A DNA stretch of 64,000 nt, from positions 3,447 to 67,446 of the forward strand of contig CAZLGG010000004.1 of assembly GCA_964559135.1 (NCBI GenBank). Direction: 5' to 3'. The stretch comes from an uncultured Planctomycetia bacterium. Its GTDB lineage: Bacteria > Planctomycetota > GCA-002687715 > DRQF01. How positions within the stretch are numbered: the stretch's first letter is position 1; each line of letters opens with the position of its first letter. This document shows positions 1 through 9,465 of the stretch, one piece after another. Under the pieces are notes generated by a model. It saw only the letters and a list, made by a program, of their open reading frames with translations. It had not been told where the DNA came from and searched no databases. Both the position numbers and the translations under genes were made by a program.

Positions 1-947
1 CGGCGAAAGAGCGAGCCCGGTTCGAGCCCAACTACATCGGCACGCCGGAAAAAGCCCTCACGACCAACGGGCGGCGATTGATCGATTTCGGTTTCGCCGT
101 TCGTTTGGTGAAGATCGAAGAGCAGATCCGGGACATCATCGGGACGCCGGACGTCAAGGTCGAGGAGCGGGACGCATCGGGCTCATCAGCTCTCGGCTTC
201 CATCTCGACTGGAGCATCATCCTTCTGGTGGCCGCCTTCATTCTCCTGGCACTCGAGTTCAAGACGGCGGGCGTGGGCGTCTTCGGGGTTCTGGGAGTGC
301 TCGCGATGATCTGCTTTTTCCTCGTCCAGGCGGACTGGGAGCAGTCGGCGATGCTACCCATTGCGATCTTCCTCCTGGGGGCCTTTCTCCTCCTCGTCGA
401 GGCCATCATTCTCCCCGGCTTCACCATCCCCGGTGTACTCGGCATTCTCATGATCCTGTACGCAACCTGGGTCGGCTTGGTCCACCCGGAAGCCCACACC
501 CTTCCCCCGTGGCCCGACTTCGACGACAAAACGGAGCTGCGAGGCATTCGGGATTGGGGACTCACGATTCTCGGCAGCTTGGCGGCGGGAATGGGTGTCG
601 CCATTTCTCTGGGGAAGATTTTGCACCGCATCCCGTTCTTTTCGCGCATGGTTCTGATCCCGTCGATGGCTCTCCGGATGACGCAACAGACAGCCGAGAG
701 CGCCGAGACCGCGGGCGGGCCGATGCGAGCCGCCGATGGCACGACGGCCGACGTCACGGTCGGGGCCCTGGGCATCGCGCATACGCCCCTGCGTCCGGCG
801 GGAGTCGCCCTCATCGGGGGCCACAAGATCGACGTGGTCACGCCGGGAATGTGGGTCGAGAGGGGATCGCCGGTGAAGGTCGTCGAGGTCTCGGGGCTGC
901 GGGTCGTCGTCGAGCCGACCGATTCCGATGAGGTCCACAACGCATGA
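1..947 (+). CDS. NfeD-like membrane protein, 5'-partial (membrane-bound ClpP-class protease/NfeD long form; TM helices plus C-terminal OB-fold)
   Basis: Frame of ORF 78..947 stays open back to position 3, so the gene starts outside the window. Several hydrophobic helices (LLVAAFILLALEF, VLGVLAMICFFLV, IFLLGAFLLLVEAIILPGF) followed by a C-terminal beta-rich OB-like segment (VTPGMWVERGSPVKVVEVSGLRVVVEP), typical of NfeD. Directly upstream of a second NfeD and floA. Confidence 0.65.
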   Translation, partial: AKERARFEPNYIGTPEKALTTNGRRLIDFGFAVRLVKIEEQIRDIIGTPDVKVEERDASGSSALGFHLDWSIILLVAAFILLALEFKTAGVGVFGVLGVLAMICFFLVQADWEQSAMLPIAIFLLGAFLLLVEAIILPGFTIPGVLGILMILYATWVGLVHPEAHTLPPWPDFDDKTELRGIRDWGLTILGSLAAGMGVAISLGKILHRIPFFSRMVLIPSMALRMTQQTAESAETAGGPMRAADGTTADVTVGALGIAHTPLRPAGVALIGGHKIDVVTPGMWVERGSPVKVVEVSGLRVVVEPTDSDEVHNA

Positions 948-1435
948 CTCTGGTGATCATCCTCATCCTCGTGGGCTGCACACTCGTCGTCGCGGAGCTG
1001 ATGTTCCCCAGCTTCGGGATGCTCGGCATTCTCGCCGTCACCTCGTTTCTGGTCGCTATCTTGAAAGCCTTCGTGATCAGTCCCACCTCCGGGTACCTCG
1101 CGGTGGGTGGCGTCTGCCTGGCGGTTCCACTCGGGATATGGATCGGTCTCACGCTCTTGCAGAAGACGCGCCTTGGGAACAGGCTGCTCATGAAGGGACC
1201 GCCTCCCGAGCAGAACCCGACAGCGGGGACGCCGGATCTTCGGGAGTTGATGGGAGCAAGAGGTCGAACCGTGACGCCCATGCGGCCGGCGGGAATCGTT
1301 CAAATCGGAAATCGAAGGGTCGACGCGGTCAGTGACGGCTCGTTCTTGGAGAACAACAGCCCGGTCCGCGTCACTCACGTAGAAGGAAACCGAGTCGTCG
1401 TCACGGTGGAGACCCCACCGAGCGACGCCCCATGA
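944..1435 (+). CDS. NfeD-like short-form protein (membrane anchor plus OB-fold)
   Basis: 163 aa. N-terminal TM helices and C-terminal motif [40 protein letters not shown] resembling the NfeD OB domain. Start overlaps stop of the upstream gene (ATGA), and stop overlaps the floA start. Confidence 0.6.
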   Translation: MTLVIILILVGCTLVVAELMFPSFGMLGILAVTSFLVAILKAFVISPTSGYLAVGGVCLAVPLGIWIGLTLLQKTRLGNRLLMKGPPPEQNPTAGTPDLRELMGARGRTVTPMRPAGIVQIGNRRVDAVSDGSFLENNSPVRVTHVEGNRVVVTVETPPSDAP

Positions 1436-2463
1436 ATCAGGAGAATCCCATGATTCCCATCTTGGTCATCGACGTCTGGCAAATCGTTCTCATCGTTCTT
1501 GCCATCGTGTTCTTCGGCCTCTTCATCTTCGTGGTGAAGTACCTCAACCTCTATATTCGTTCCCTGTTCTCCGGAGCAGGCATCGGCATCTTCGAACTGG
1601 TCGGAATGTCCTTGAGGAAGGTCAACGCCACCACGATCGTGAACTCCCGAATTCGCGCGGTCCAAGCCGGCATCGATATCGGCAGGCAGCAACTCGAGGC
1701 GCATTACCTGGCCGGAGGAAACGTCCGCAACGTCGTCTCCGCTCTCATTGCCTCCAACCGCGCCAAGATCGACCTGCAGTTCGATCAGGCCGCGGCCATC
1801 GACCTCGCCGGTCGCGACGTGCTGGACGCTGTCAAGACCTCGGTGAACCCTAAGGTGATCGACTGCCCCGACCCTGCCAAGGGCAAGCCGAAGATCTCCG
1901 CCGTGGCTGGAGACGGCATCGAACTCTTGGCGAAGGCGCGTGTGACCGTGCGCGCCAACATTCAACGGTTGGTCGGCGGTGCAACGGAAGCCACCATCGT
2001 CGCGCGCGTGCAGGAGGGCATCCTGACCACGATCGGTTCGTCCCGAGACCACAAGGTCGTTCTGGAAAACCCCGACATGATCTCTCAGCAGGTCCTCGCC
2101 AAGGGCCTGGACGCCGGCACCGCTTTCGAAATCCTCTCCATCGACATTGCCGACATCGACGTGGGTCAGAACATTCGCTCGAAACTCCAGATCGACCAGG
2201 CCGAGGCGGACAAGAAGGTCGCCCAGGCCAAGGCCGAGGAGCGAAAGGCCATGGCGATCGCTCGCGAGCATGAGATGCGAGCGGAAACCCAGGAGAATCG
2301 GGCCAAGGTCGTCGAGGCGGAGGCGCAAATCCCTCTCGCCATCGCCGATGCCTTTCACAAGGGCAACCTCGGCGTCATGGACTTCTACATGATGAAGAAC
2401 ATCAAGGCCGATACGAGCATGCGCCAGTCGATCTCCGGCGATAACCCGGACCACGAGGACTGA
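1432..2463 (+). CDS. floA: flotillin-like protein FloA (SPFH domain, UPF0365/YqfA family)
   Basis: 343 aa. Near-colinear match in memory to Bacillus YqfA/FloA: N-terminal TM, then [76 protein letters not shown]. Classic nfeD-floA operon arrangement. Confidence 0.9.
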   Translation: MNQENPMIPILVIDVWQIVLIVLAIVFFGLFIFVVKYLNLYIRSLFSGAGIGIFELVGMSLRKVNATTIVNSRIRAVQAGIDIGRQQLEAHYLAGGNVRNVVSALIASNRAKIDLQFDQAAAIDLAGRDVLDAVKTSVNPKVIDCPDPAKGKPKISAVAGDGIELLAKARVTVRANIQRLVGGATEATIVARVQEGILTTIGSSRDHKVVLENPDMISQQVLAKGLDAGTAFEILSIDIADIDVGQNIRSKLQIDQAEADKKVAQAKAEERKAMAIAREHEMRAETQENRAKVVEAEAQIPLAIADAFHKGNLGVMDFYMMKNIKADTSMRQSISGDNPDHED

Positions 2464-2466
2464 TTC

Positions 2467-3069
2467 GTGTCCGAAGAACTGAAACTCCTCTTCTACCTGT
2501 TGATCTTCGGCCTTCCTCTCCTCGCGAACCTGCTCGAGAAGGCGAGGAAAAAGAAGCTCCAGGACCAGAGGCAAACGGGCCGAGGTGTCCGAGGCCAAGC
2601 TTCCAAGGCGCCCCCTCCTAGGGGGACGACCGGGCAACGACCGACTCTCGCCGAGTGGATCGAAGAATTGCGCAGACAGTCCGCGGAAGGCAGCGATCTC
2701 GCTCCAGCGCCGACGCGGCGGCCTCTTCACGAGGACGTCGCCGTCGAGGAGGACGTCAATCCCCCGGAGACCGTGCAGGAGACCGAAACACCCGCGCCTC
2801 CCCCCTTGGCGCCCGCCGAATCCGAGTTCGAGATTCAGCCGGAGGAGTCCCCCCTCTCGGATGCCACTCAACTGCTGGAGTCAGAGGATCTGACCGACGC
2901 GACCGCGCTTGCCTCCGCGGAGACGAGCCTCGTTTCGCCTTCGTCGAGGAGGCGGGGCCTCGTTTTGGACCGAAGTCAAATCCAACGTGCCATCGTCATG
3001 CGGGAGATTCTGGGCCCCCCGCGCGCGCTCGCGATCATGGGGCGCAAGGGCTGGTCCGATAAGATCTGA
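2467..3069 (+). CDS. hypothetical membrane-anchored Pro/Glu-rich protein (possible operon partner of floA, YqfB-position gene)
   Basis: 200 aa ORF with GTG start 3 nt after the floA stop. N-terminal hydrophobic helix (LLFYLLIFGLPLLANLL), then a low-complexity acidic Pro-rich region. No recognisable domain; convergent with the histidine kinase. Confidence 0.4.
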   Translation: MSEELKLLFYLLIFGLPLLANLLEKARKKKLQDQRQTGRGVRGQASKAPPPRGTTGQRPTLAEWIEELRRQSAEGSDLAPAPTRRPLHEDVAVEEDVNPPETVQETETPAPPPLAPAESEFEIQPEESPLSDATQLLESEDLTDATALASAETSLVSPSSRRRGLVLDRSQIQRAIVMREILGPPRALAIMGRKGWSDKI

Positions 3070-3092
3070 CCTCAGACCCACGAATGACCCGA

Positions 3093-5522
3093 CTATCGGA
3101 GGGCGTCCCTGTCTTCGTCGAGCGCCCGCGCCTCTCGAAGGGTCTTGGCTTCCCGGATGAGGATGCGGAGTCGCGAGAGGAGAGTACGTCGGGAGAACGG
3201 CTTGGGGAGAATGGCCCAAGGGACGTCCGCAGGCGCCACAAGGTCACCGTCGGCGGCGGCATAGCCCGAGATGAACAGAACAGGCAAACCCGGCGAGAAC
3301 TCGGCTGCGATCCGCGCAACCTCTTGACCTCCCCCGTCGGGCATCACCACATCCGTCACCACGACGTCGATCGAGGACGACGCGCCCTCCAAGGCGCTTC
3401 GAGCCTCCCCGACCGACGCCGCCGCATGCACCGTGATCCCGGATTCACACAGACTCGAGGCCAAAGCGTTCCGGACCGAGTCGTCGTCCTCGACCAAGAG
3501 CAATGAAATCGGCTCGTCGCTGTCGCTCTCGTCCCGTTTCCGGGGCCGATCCTCGTCCCTGGAATCGTCGTCGATCGTCGTTCCGGGAAACGCGACGCTG
3601 AAGACCGCCCCTTGCCCGGGCGCACTCTCCGCCGTGACCAGTCCGCCCGCTTGAGTGACGATCCCATGCACGGTGGAAAGTCCCAGCCCCGTGCCTCCAC
3701 CCGCGCCTTTGGTGGTGAAGAACGGCTCGAAGACCTTCTCGAGCGTTTCCTCGTCCATCCCCAAGCCTTCATCCTCCACCTCGAGCACGACCCACTCACC
3801 GGCGGGAAGGGTTTCGCATCCCAGACGACCCGGTTGCCGCAACACGAGATCGCGAAGTGTCAGGGTGATGGTCCCCCCATGCGGCATGGCGTCGCATGCG
3901 TTCACGACCAGGTTGAGGATGACCTGCTCGAATTGGGCGACGTCCACCTCGACCGCGAGGCGATTCGAGGCGTGGAAAACGAGCCGCACGGTCTCGTTGA
4001 TGATTCGCAAGAGCATGGGTTCCATGTCTCGGAGGATCGTGTCGGGCCGGACCCTTTGCGGCTCCACGAATTGTCGCCGGCTGATCGCCAGGAGCTGAGA
4101 CGTCAACCTCATGGCCCGTTCGCTCGAGTCTCTGATCGTCTCCACCATGGCTCGCGAAGGGGAGTCGTGGGGCAGCTCCTCGTCGAGGATGTCGGTGGCT
4201 CCGACGATGGCCGTGAGGACATTGTTGAAGTCGTGGGCGATGCCGCCCGCGAATCTGCCCACCATCTCCATCCTCTGGGCACGATGGAGCTGCCGTTCGA
4301 GCTCTCTTCTTTGGCCCACATCGGTGACCATGAGGAGAGTGCCCCCCAACTCCTCGTTCTCTTCGGGGATGGGAGTCGCCGCAATCCGGCACCAGACTTC
4401 CTCGCCGCTCGAACGAATCAGCTTCACCTCTCCGTCCGGAGGCAGGCTTTCCACCTCGATCTCGACGTCGCCGGGCAAGAAGTCTGCGAAGCGACGGTGC
4501 GCGAGCTCGTTCCCGCTGACGCCCAGTATTTCGGCGATGCGCTCGTTGGAGAAACGGGTTTCACCCTGAGGCCCCAGAACCCAGACACCGTCCTGGGTCA
4601 TGTCGAGAATTCGCTTGGACTCGGCCCGGCGACGCCGGACCTGCTCTCCTCGTCGCGACGCGGCGAAGGCCAGCGCGCTGATCGAAAGGGCCAGGATGAC
4701 GCCGGCGACGAGCAGACTCCGTGGAGGTGTGGTCTGGAGGCCCAACTCCGAATCGCTCGGCACGGTGATCGCAAGGGTCCATGGGTGACCGGCGAACGTG
4801 TAGGTTCGTTTCTCCGCGTCGCGCCACTCCTCATCGCCGAGCATCCGCCCGACCTCGAGAATCAGTCGACCATGCTGCGAGAATCGGTAGGAGAACTCCT
4901 TTTTGCCCAAGAGCGGGGGGGCGAGGCATTCCTCGAGAATCGGGCGAAGTCGAAAGACGCCATTGATGAACCCCTCGAGGCTCCCGTCCGCTTTCGACAC
5001 AGGCCGATAGGCCGTGAATCCCCATCCTCCCTGCGCCAACTCCAGAGCATGGGTGACGGCGACGCGGCGCTCGGCCCGGGCTCGACGCATCGCGGGACCA
5101 GCCAAAGGATGCGTTTTGAGGTCCAGATCCAGGGCGGCCTCGTTGCCCTCGACCGGACAGACGGTCCGAATCACGCCGGACGCGTCCACCCAATTGATCG
5201 CCTGAAACCCGGGGAACTCCGCTTGCATGGCCAACGAGAGTCGGCAGAAACGCTCTCGGCTACGGTCGGGAACGCTCTCCCAAAGGCGCGCGAGCTGGTC
5301 CAAGATGTGCATGCGCACATCGAAGAAATCCTTCAGGCGAAGGCAGTCCCTGGAGACCGTCGTCCCCAGGATCAGGTGGCGGCGGTCGCGGCGAACTCGG
5401 CTGTCGTAGATCCACGTGCCCCAGACCATGCCCAGCAAGAGGACAAGGAGCCCCGCAGCGACCCAACCGGACCGAGAATGGCGCTCCCTCATCCGTGTTC
5501 CCCTTCCGGGACACCGTAACAC
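3093..5522 (-). CDS. hybrid sensor histidine kinase/response regulator (N-terminal TM plus periplasmic sensor, PAS, HisKA, HATPase_c, C-terminal REC)
   Basis: 809 aa. H-box AGGIAHDFNNVLTAIVG. ATPase G-boxes (GGTITLTLRD, EDEGLGMDEETLEKVFEPFFTTK, GTGLGLSTVHGIV). Receiver domain LLLVEDDDSVRNALASSLCESGITV..VVTDVVMPDGGG..PVLFISGY. True start may be the Met at residue 11 (5492). Confidence 0.85.
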   Translation of the reverse strand: MLRCPGRGTRMRERHSRSGWVAAGLLVLLLGMVWGTWIYDSRVRRDRRHLILGTTVSRDCLRLKDFFDVRMHILDQLARLWESVPDRSRERFCRLSLAMQAEFPGFQAINWVDASGVIRTVCPVEGNEAALDLDLKTHPLAGPAMRRARAERRVAVTHALELAQGGWGFTAYRPVSKADGSLEGFINGVFRLRPILEECLAPPLLGKKEFSYRFSQHGRLILEVGRMLGDEEWRDAEKRTYTFAGHPWTLAITVPSDSELGLQTTPPRSLLVAGVILALSISALAFAASRRGEQVRRRRAESKRILDMTQDGVWVLGPQGETRFSNERIAEILGVSGNELAHRRFADFLPGDVEIEVESLPPDGEVKLIRSSGEEVWCRIAATPIPEENEELGGTLLMVTDVGQRRELERQLHRAQRMEMVGRFAGGIAHDFNNVLTAIVGATDILDEELPHDSPSRAMVETIRDSSERAMRLTSQLLAISRRQFVEPQRVRPDTILRDMEPMLLRIINETVRLVFHASNRLAVEVDVAQFEQVILNLVVNACDAMPHGGTITLTLRDLVLRQPGRLGCETLPAGEWVVLEVEDEGLGMDEETLEKVFEPFFTTKGAGGGTGLGLSTVHGIVTQAGGLVTAESAPGQGAVFSVAFPGTTIDDDSRDEDRPRKRDESDSDEPISLLLVEDDDSVRNALASSLCESGITVHAAASVGEARSALEGASSSIDVVVTDVVMPDGGGQEVARIAAEFSPGLPVLFISGYAAADGDLVAPADVPWAILPKPFSRRTLLSRLRILIREAKTLREARALDEDRDALR

Positions 5523-5554
5523 CGACCGAGCCGAAGCAAGGCCGTGGTGGAGAA

Positions 5555-6259
5555 TCAGCAGACGATTCGGCCGTTTTCCATGTGCACGACACGACTGGCA
5601 TGGCGGGCCATCCCCTCATCGTGGGTCACGATGATCATGGTCTGGCCCGTGGTTGCGTTGAGGCGAGCGAAAAGCTCCTGGACATGTTCCGAGGTGCGGA
5701 CGTCCAGGTTTCCCGTGGGCTCGTCGCAGAGGAGCACCGCCGGTCGATTGAACAGGGCCCTCGCGATGGCCACACGTTGTCGTTCTCCGCCGGACAACTG
5801 CTGAGGACGATGCTTGCTGCGATCGGCGAGGCCGACGGAATCCAGCAGCTCGAGAGCTCGGGCCCGCCCTTGCTTGCGGTACCTGATCCATGAGACGACG
5901 GATCGAGAAATCGTCCCGGGAATCATCACGTTCTCGAGTGCGGTGAACTCCGGGAGAAGATAAAAGAATTGAAACACGAAGCCGATGCGGGCGGCCCGAA
6001 CCGCCGCGCGACGCCCCAGCGACGCCGCATCCACGGGCTTCCCCTCGAAGACGATCTCTCCGGAGTCGGGGCGGTCCAGGAGTCCCAGGAGATGAAGAAA
6101 CGTGCTCTTGCCGATGCCGCTGCGTCCCTGGATGACGACGAGTTCACCCTGCTCGACGTCAAAGTCGAGCCCCCGGAGAACCGGCAACGCACCACCTCCG
6201 GGCAAAGGATAGCTCTTCGTGAGCCCACGACAGGTATAGACAGTTTCAGATTCACTCAT
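5555..6259 (-). CDS. ABC transporter ATP-binding protein, LolD/MacB-type
   Basis: 234 aa. Walker A GRSGIGKST, signature LSGGERQRVAIARAL, Walker B LLCDEPTGNLD. Overall LolD-like layout; overlaps the upstream permease gene by 8 nt. Confidence 0.85.
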   Translation of the reverse strand: MSESETVYTCRGLTKSYPLPGGGALPVLRGLDFDVEQGELVVIQGRSGIGKSTFLHLLGLLDRPDSGEIVFEGKPVDAASLGRRAAVRAARIGFVFQFFYLLPEFTALENVMIPGTISRSVVSWIRYRKQGRARALELLDSVGLADRSKHRPQQLSGGERQRVAIARALFNRPAVLLCDEPTGNLDVRTSEHVQELFARLNATTGQTMIIVTHDEGMARHASRVVHMENGRIVC

Positions 6260-7634
6260 AGACGAGCGACCTCAGCGGATCCAGACGGGAAGCTCTGTAG
6301 GCAGGCAGCACACTCGCCACGAGACACCAGATGAAGGTGAACCCACCGAGTCGGACCAAATCCATCGTCTCATAGGACGTAGGCATGGTCTTGAACTGAT
6401 AGACGTCCGGAGGGAAGAGGTCGACGTCGAAGAGTCGTTCCAGGAAACGGATGATCTCATCCAGATGCCAGACGACCTCCAACCCCAAAAACACCCCCAG
6501 CAAGGTGCCGATGAGCCCGAGAAGCCCTCCGTACGCCAGGAAGATCCCCACGACGCCGCGCGAGGTCGCTCCCATGGAGAGAAGAACTCCAATGTCGCGC
6601 GTCTTTTCCAAAACGACCATGTAGAGGATTCCGGCGATGCACGCTCCTGCGACGGCGATGATGCAGGCGAGGACGATGAGCATCGCCAGCTTCTCGAACT
6701 TCAGCGCCGCGGCGAGATTCTGCATGCGGTCCTGCCATGTCCACACTCGGAGGGCCAGGAATCCTCGGCCGTGCTTCTCGAGGATCGCGGCTTTGACTTC
6801 CTCGGCCAATTTCGGGTCGGTGAGGCGCACACGGACCTCGTCGCAATCCCCTTCGTTCGGGCCTCGCAACCACTCCTTCAGATCCTGAATGTGACAGAAA
6901 GCGATGCCGGAGTCGTATTCGAATCGCCCGGATTCGAAACAACCCGTGACGTGGAAACGACGTTGCACGATCTTGACTTCACTGGGGTCCACATCGTCGG
7001 GAGGCAACTCCGCGCTCATGAGCGTGACGGTGTCACCAACACCTACGTCAAGTCGATCCGCCAACCTCGACCCCAGGACGATGCCCAACTCGGGCTCCCC
7101 CACTGCGCCCTCGGGTTTCCAGAGGAAAGGTGTCTTCAGAAGGCGATCCGGCATGCGCAGAGTGAGCATCGCCGCTCCATCGCCGACTTCGATATTTCGG
7201 ACCGACTCGAGCATCTCGGTGAAGGGGATCACGTCGTTGACGCGGTCTGGATCCACGCCGAAGACCTGGACGAACTTCTGCCGCTTGTCCCGGGTGATCC
7301 ACGGCTTCGGCGCGCGGGTCACGATACCGGCCATCCTCAAGACGATCCTGGGCTCCATCGCGACGATGGGTCCGCCTTCCTCGCGGGTCCAGGGGCGAAG
7401 CATCTCCTGCACTCTTTGGTAGTGATCCTTACCTCGGGCGAGATCATCGCGGCGAAGACGGACGCTCAAGTGTCCGTCCACCTTGTAGATGGATTGGCGA
7501 ATACGCTGTTGGAAACCGTCCATCACACTTCCGACGACGAACATGGCCATCACGCCGAAAGCGATGGCGATGATCGACACATAGGCGATGCGACGCCGGA
7601 GCAGGTATCGAAGGGCCAGAGCCAGTTTGTACAT
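6252..7634 (-). CDS. ABC transporter permease, LolC/E (FtsX/MacB-like) family with large periplasmic domain
   Basis: TM1, then about 230 aa periplasmic domain, then three C-terminal TM helices. LolC-like N-terminus MYKLALALRYLLRRR (chosen start Met at 7634; ORF is open to 7658). A single permease gene followed by the ATPase (LolF-like arrangement). Confidence 0.75.
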   Translation of the reverse strand: MYKLALALRYLLRRRIAYVSIIAIAFGVMAMFVVGSVMDGFQQRIRQSIYKVDGHLSVRLRRDDLARGKDHYQRVQEMLRPWTREEGGPIVAMEPRIVLRMAGIVTRAPKPWITRDKRQKFVQVFGVDPDRVNDVIPFTEMLESVRNIEVGDGAAMLTLRMPDRLLKTPFLWKPEGAVGEPELGIVLGSRLADRLDVGVGDTVTLMSAELPPDDVDPSEVKIVQRRFHVTGCFESGRFEYDSGIAFCHIQDLKEWLRGPNEGDCDEVRVRLTDPKLAEEVKAAILEKHGRGFLALRVWTWQDRMQNLAAALKFEKLAMLIVLACIIAVAGACIAGILYMVVLEKTRDIGVLLSMGATSRGVVGIFLAYGGLLGLIGTLLGVFLGLEVVWHLDEIIRFLERLFDVDLFPPDVYQFKTMPTSYETMDLVRLGGFTFIWCLVASVLPAYRASRLDPLRSLVYE

Positions 7635-7764
7635 CGAATCTCCGCGGAAGCTCGCCATCGCAACACCGCCGCCGGGAGGTGTCGCGGGACCGTGACGAGC
7701 GGACGACGGTAAGGAGAGACAGGGGCGAGATCAAGCGGACGAGCGAGCCCCCGCCCAAGGGCGC

Positions 7765-9321
7765 TCAGTCCTCCTCGGGGGGTCGGCGGCGGTCTTGGTA
7801 GGGGAATAGGTCGTACCAGAGCCGCATGTCCTCTTCCTCGTGGGTCCAGATCTCCGGGGGGCGACGACTGCCATCGGCCCTCGGAGCGCCGGGACCACGA
7901 TTCCCGAGACTCCTGTGGATGTCCTCGATCACGAGGAATCGGCGATGGAGTGCGGCCAGGAGGTTCCAGTCTGGAGAGCCCCCCAGATCGTCGATCTCGA
8001 CCTGCAATCTCGCTTGCAAAAGGTGCCGTGAGGTGCCCTCGTCGAGAGCCAGAACATCCAGGAGATCGCGGCAGAGCCCGAGAGTCGTCTTCTTGTCCGT
8101 CCGCTCGTCGAGGAGTTCGGCCGCCAGATCACGAAAGACTCGCGGCGCACGCAGAGCGAGGATGGTGAGAGCCGTTGCCTTCAACCGGTCGAATCGGGTC
8201 TTTCGGATCACGGCGGGCAACGCGAAGACCGTAGCCTGAGAACGCCGCGTCGAAGCCAGGAGAGCTGCCCGCGCGACATTCTCCTTTTCGACCGCCAGAA
8301 GTGTGCGAACCCCCTTCTCCGCGGCTTCGCCGCCGTGGCGTCCCAATGCGAAGGCGATCACCGCAAGCACCTCGGAACGGGGCTCTCCCCGGGGCCCCAC
8401 TCGGGCCAAGAGGGCGGCCACGGCCTCCTCTCCGGGGGCCTCGCCCAAAGCCAGCGCGGCCAGAGCGCGTCGGCGAGAACGAGAACTCCGAAGTTCCGCC
8501 CTCAGTCGCTTGATCGCACCGGGCGACGTGGGGCGAACGAGGGCAAGGCCGATCAGGGCGGCCTCGCCCACCTGTTGGTCGGAGTCGCGGAGGCGGTGGA
8601 CGAGTTCCCGTTCGGCAAGAGGGCCGCCGGCGTCGGCCAGCCCCAAGCACGCCGCCAAGCGAATGCTCTCTTTCGAACTTTTCAATCCCATGCGCAGGAT
8701 CGGCGTCGCCTCACTCCCGCCGATGCGGCCCGCGGCGAGCAGAATTGCGGCGCGCGTTCTGCGATCCTTCTCGCTTCGGTAGAAGGCCTGGAGCGCCGGC
8801 AACGCTTCCTCAGCGCGCAAACGCGCCAGGGCGTACAGGATCGCCCGGCGGGGGCGATCCCTGCGCGTTGCTCGATAAAGCCCCAGGAGCGGAATTACGT
8901 CCCGCGTGTCACCCAGCACGCCCAAGGTCATGACGAGGTGAGCGAGGGCCGGAGACGGGGACTTCAACCCCTGTTTCGAAAAAAGCCGTTTGCGAAGCAC
9001 CTGCGCCGTTCGCCCATCCCCCATCCGCTGCAGAGCGAGAGCCGCCTGGCGAGCTTCCTCGGCGTTGGGACCGACAAGCTTTCTCTCGAGGAACTCGAGG
9101 GCGGGCGAACCCATTTCGAGCAACGCCCGACGAAGCCTCAGACGATCCTCCTTCGATCCGATCTGGATCGCCCGCCACGAGCGCTTCAGCTCACTGCGTT
9201 GGCTCTCGGTCGGCGCGAGTCGAGTCGTGCCCAGGAATGCCGAGAACTCATCCTGAACGGACTGAGCGCCTCCGAGGGCCGACATCAGGCAAAGCGAGAG
9301 TATGGCGATCCATCGGTGCAT
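7765..9321 (-). CDS. secreted HEAT/PBS-lyase-repeat protein
   Basis: 518 aa from MHRWIAILSLCLMSALGGAQS (signal peptide). Repeated ..ALxxLGxxG..AxxxLxxLLxDxDxxVRxxAAxALG.. units typical of HEAT-like repeats. The longer upstream ORF extension (to 10365) is antisense to polA and rejected. Confidence 0.6.
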   Translation of the reverse strand: MHRWIAILSLCLMSALGGAQSVQDEFSAFLGTTRLAPTESQRSELKRSWRAIQIGSKEDRLRLRRALLEMGSPALEFLERKLVGPNAEEARQAALALQRMGDGRTAQVLRKRLFSKQGLKSPSPALAHLVMTLGVLGDTRDVIPLLGLYRATRRDRPRRAILYALARLRAEEALPALQAFYRSEKDRRTRAAILLAAGRIGGSEATPILRMGLKSSKESIRLAACLGLADAGGPLAERELVHRLRDSDQQVGEAALIGLALVRPTSPGAIKRLRAELRSSRSRRRALAALALGEAPGEEAVAALLARVGPRGEPRSEVLAVIAFALGRHGGEAAEKGVRTLLAVEKENVARAALLASTRRSQATVFALPAVIRKTRFDRLKATALTILALRAPRVFRDLAAELLDERTDKKTTLGLCRDLLDVLALDEGTSRHLLQARLQVEIDDLGGSPDWNLLAALHRRFLVIEDIHRSLGNRGPGAPRADGSRRPPEIWTHEEEDMRLWYDLFPYQDRRRPPEED

Positions 9322-9392
9322 GCCCCCAGTATAACGTTCCGGATGACGCGGTCGGGAATCGGCACCAGGAGACATCTCACTCAGACCCGCAG

Positions 9393-9420
9393 TTTCACGG
9401 ATCGAACCTCGGGCTATAAT
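9393..9420 (+). promoter_or_regulatory. putative sigma70-type promoter for polA (-35 TTTCAC, 16-nt spacer, -10 TATAAT)
   Basis: Consensus TATAAT at 9415..9420, 45 nt upstream of the polA ATG, in the divergent spacer between the HEAT-repeat gene and polA. TTTCAC lies 16 nt upstream of the -10. Confidence 0.35.
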
Positions 9421-9465
9421 CCCGCCGGCTGGGCTCCGCGGCGGACGAAACATGAAAGAGTGAAG

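Noticed and set aside
32-2871. Long minus-strand ORFs (32..1378, 1375..2871) overlapping the nfeD-floA operon
   Set aside because: Antisense shadows of strongly supported plus-strand genes in a GC-rich genome. Low-complexity Arg/Pro/Gly-rich translations.

The same reasoning rejects all of the following: 3612..5519(+), 6465..7712(+), 10456..11370(-), 14334..15380(-), 17062..18246(+), 18880..21150(+), 21480..23111(-), 22724..23725(+), 24980..26068(+), 26260..27387(+), 28620..29384(-), 29422..30363(-), 31782..34037(+), 36466..37299(+), 38869..40563(-), 39938..42061(+), 42408..44033(+), 44789..46402(+), 46990..48969(+), 51528..52541(-), 52447..53796(-), 54772..57051(+), 57743..58747(+), 58455..59711(+), 60670..61521(+), plus the smaller ones.
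8335-9465. N-terminal 377-codon extension of the polA reading frame
   Set aside because: The frame is simply open in high-GC DNA. The real polA start is the ATG at 9466, preceded by a promoter. The upstream part is antisense to the HEAT-repeat gene.
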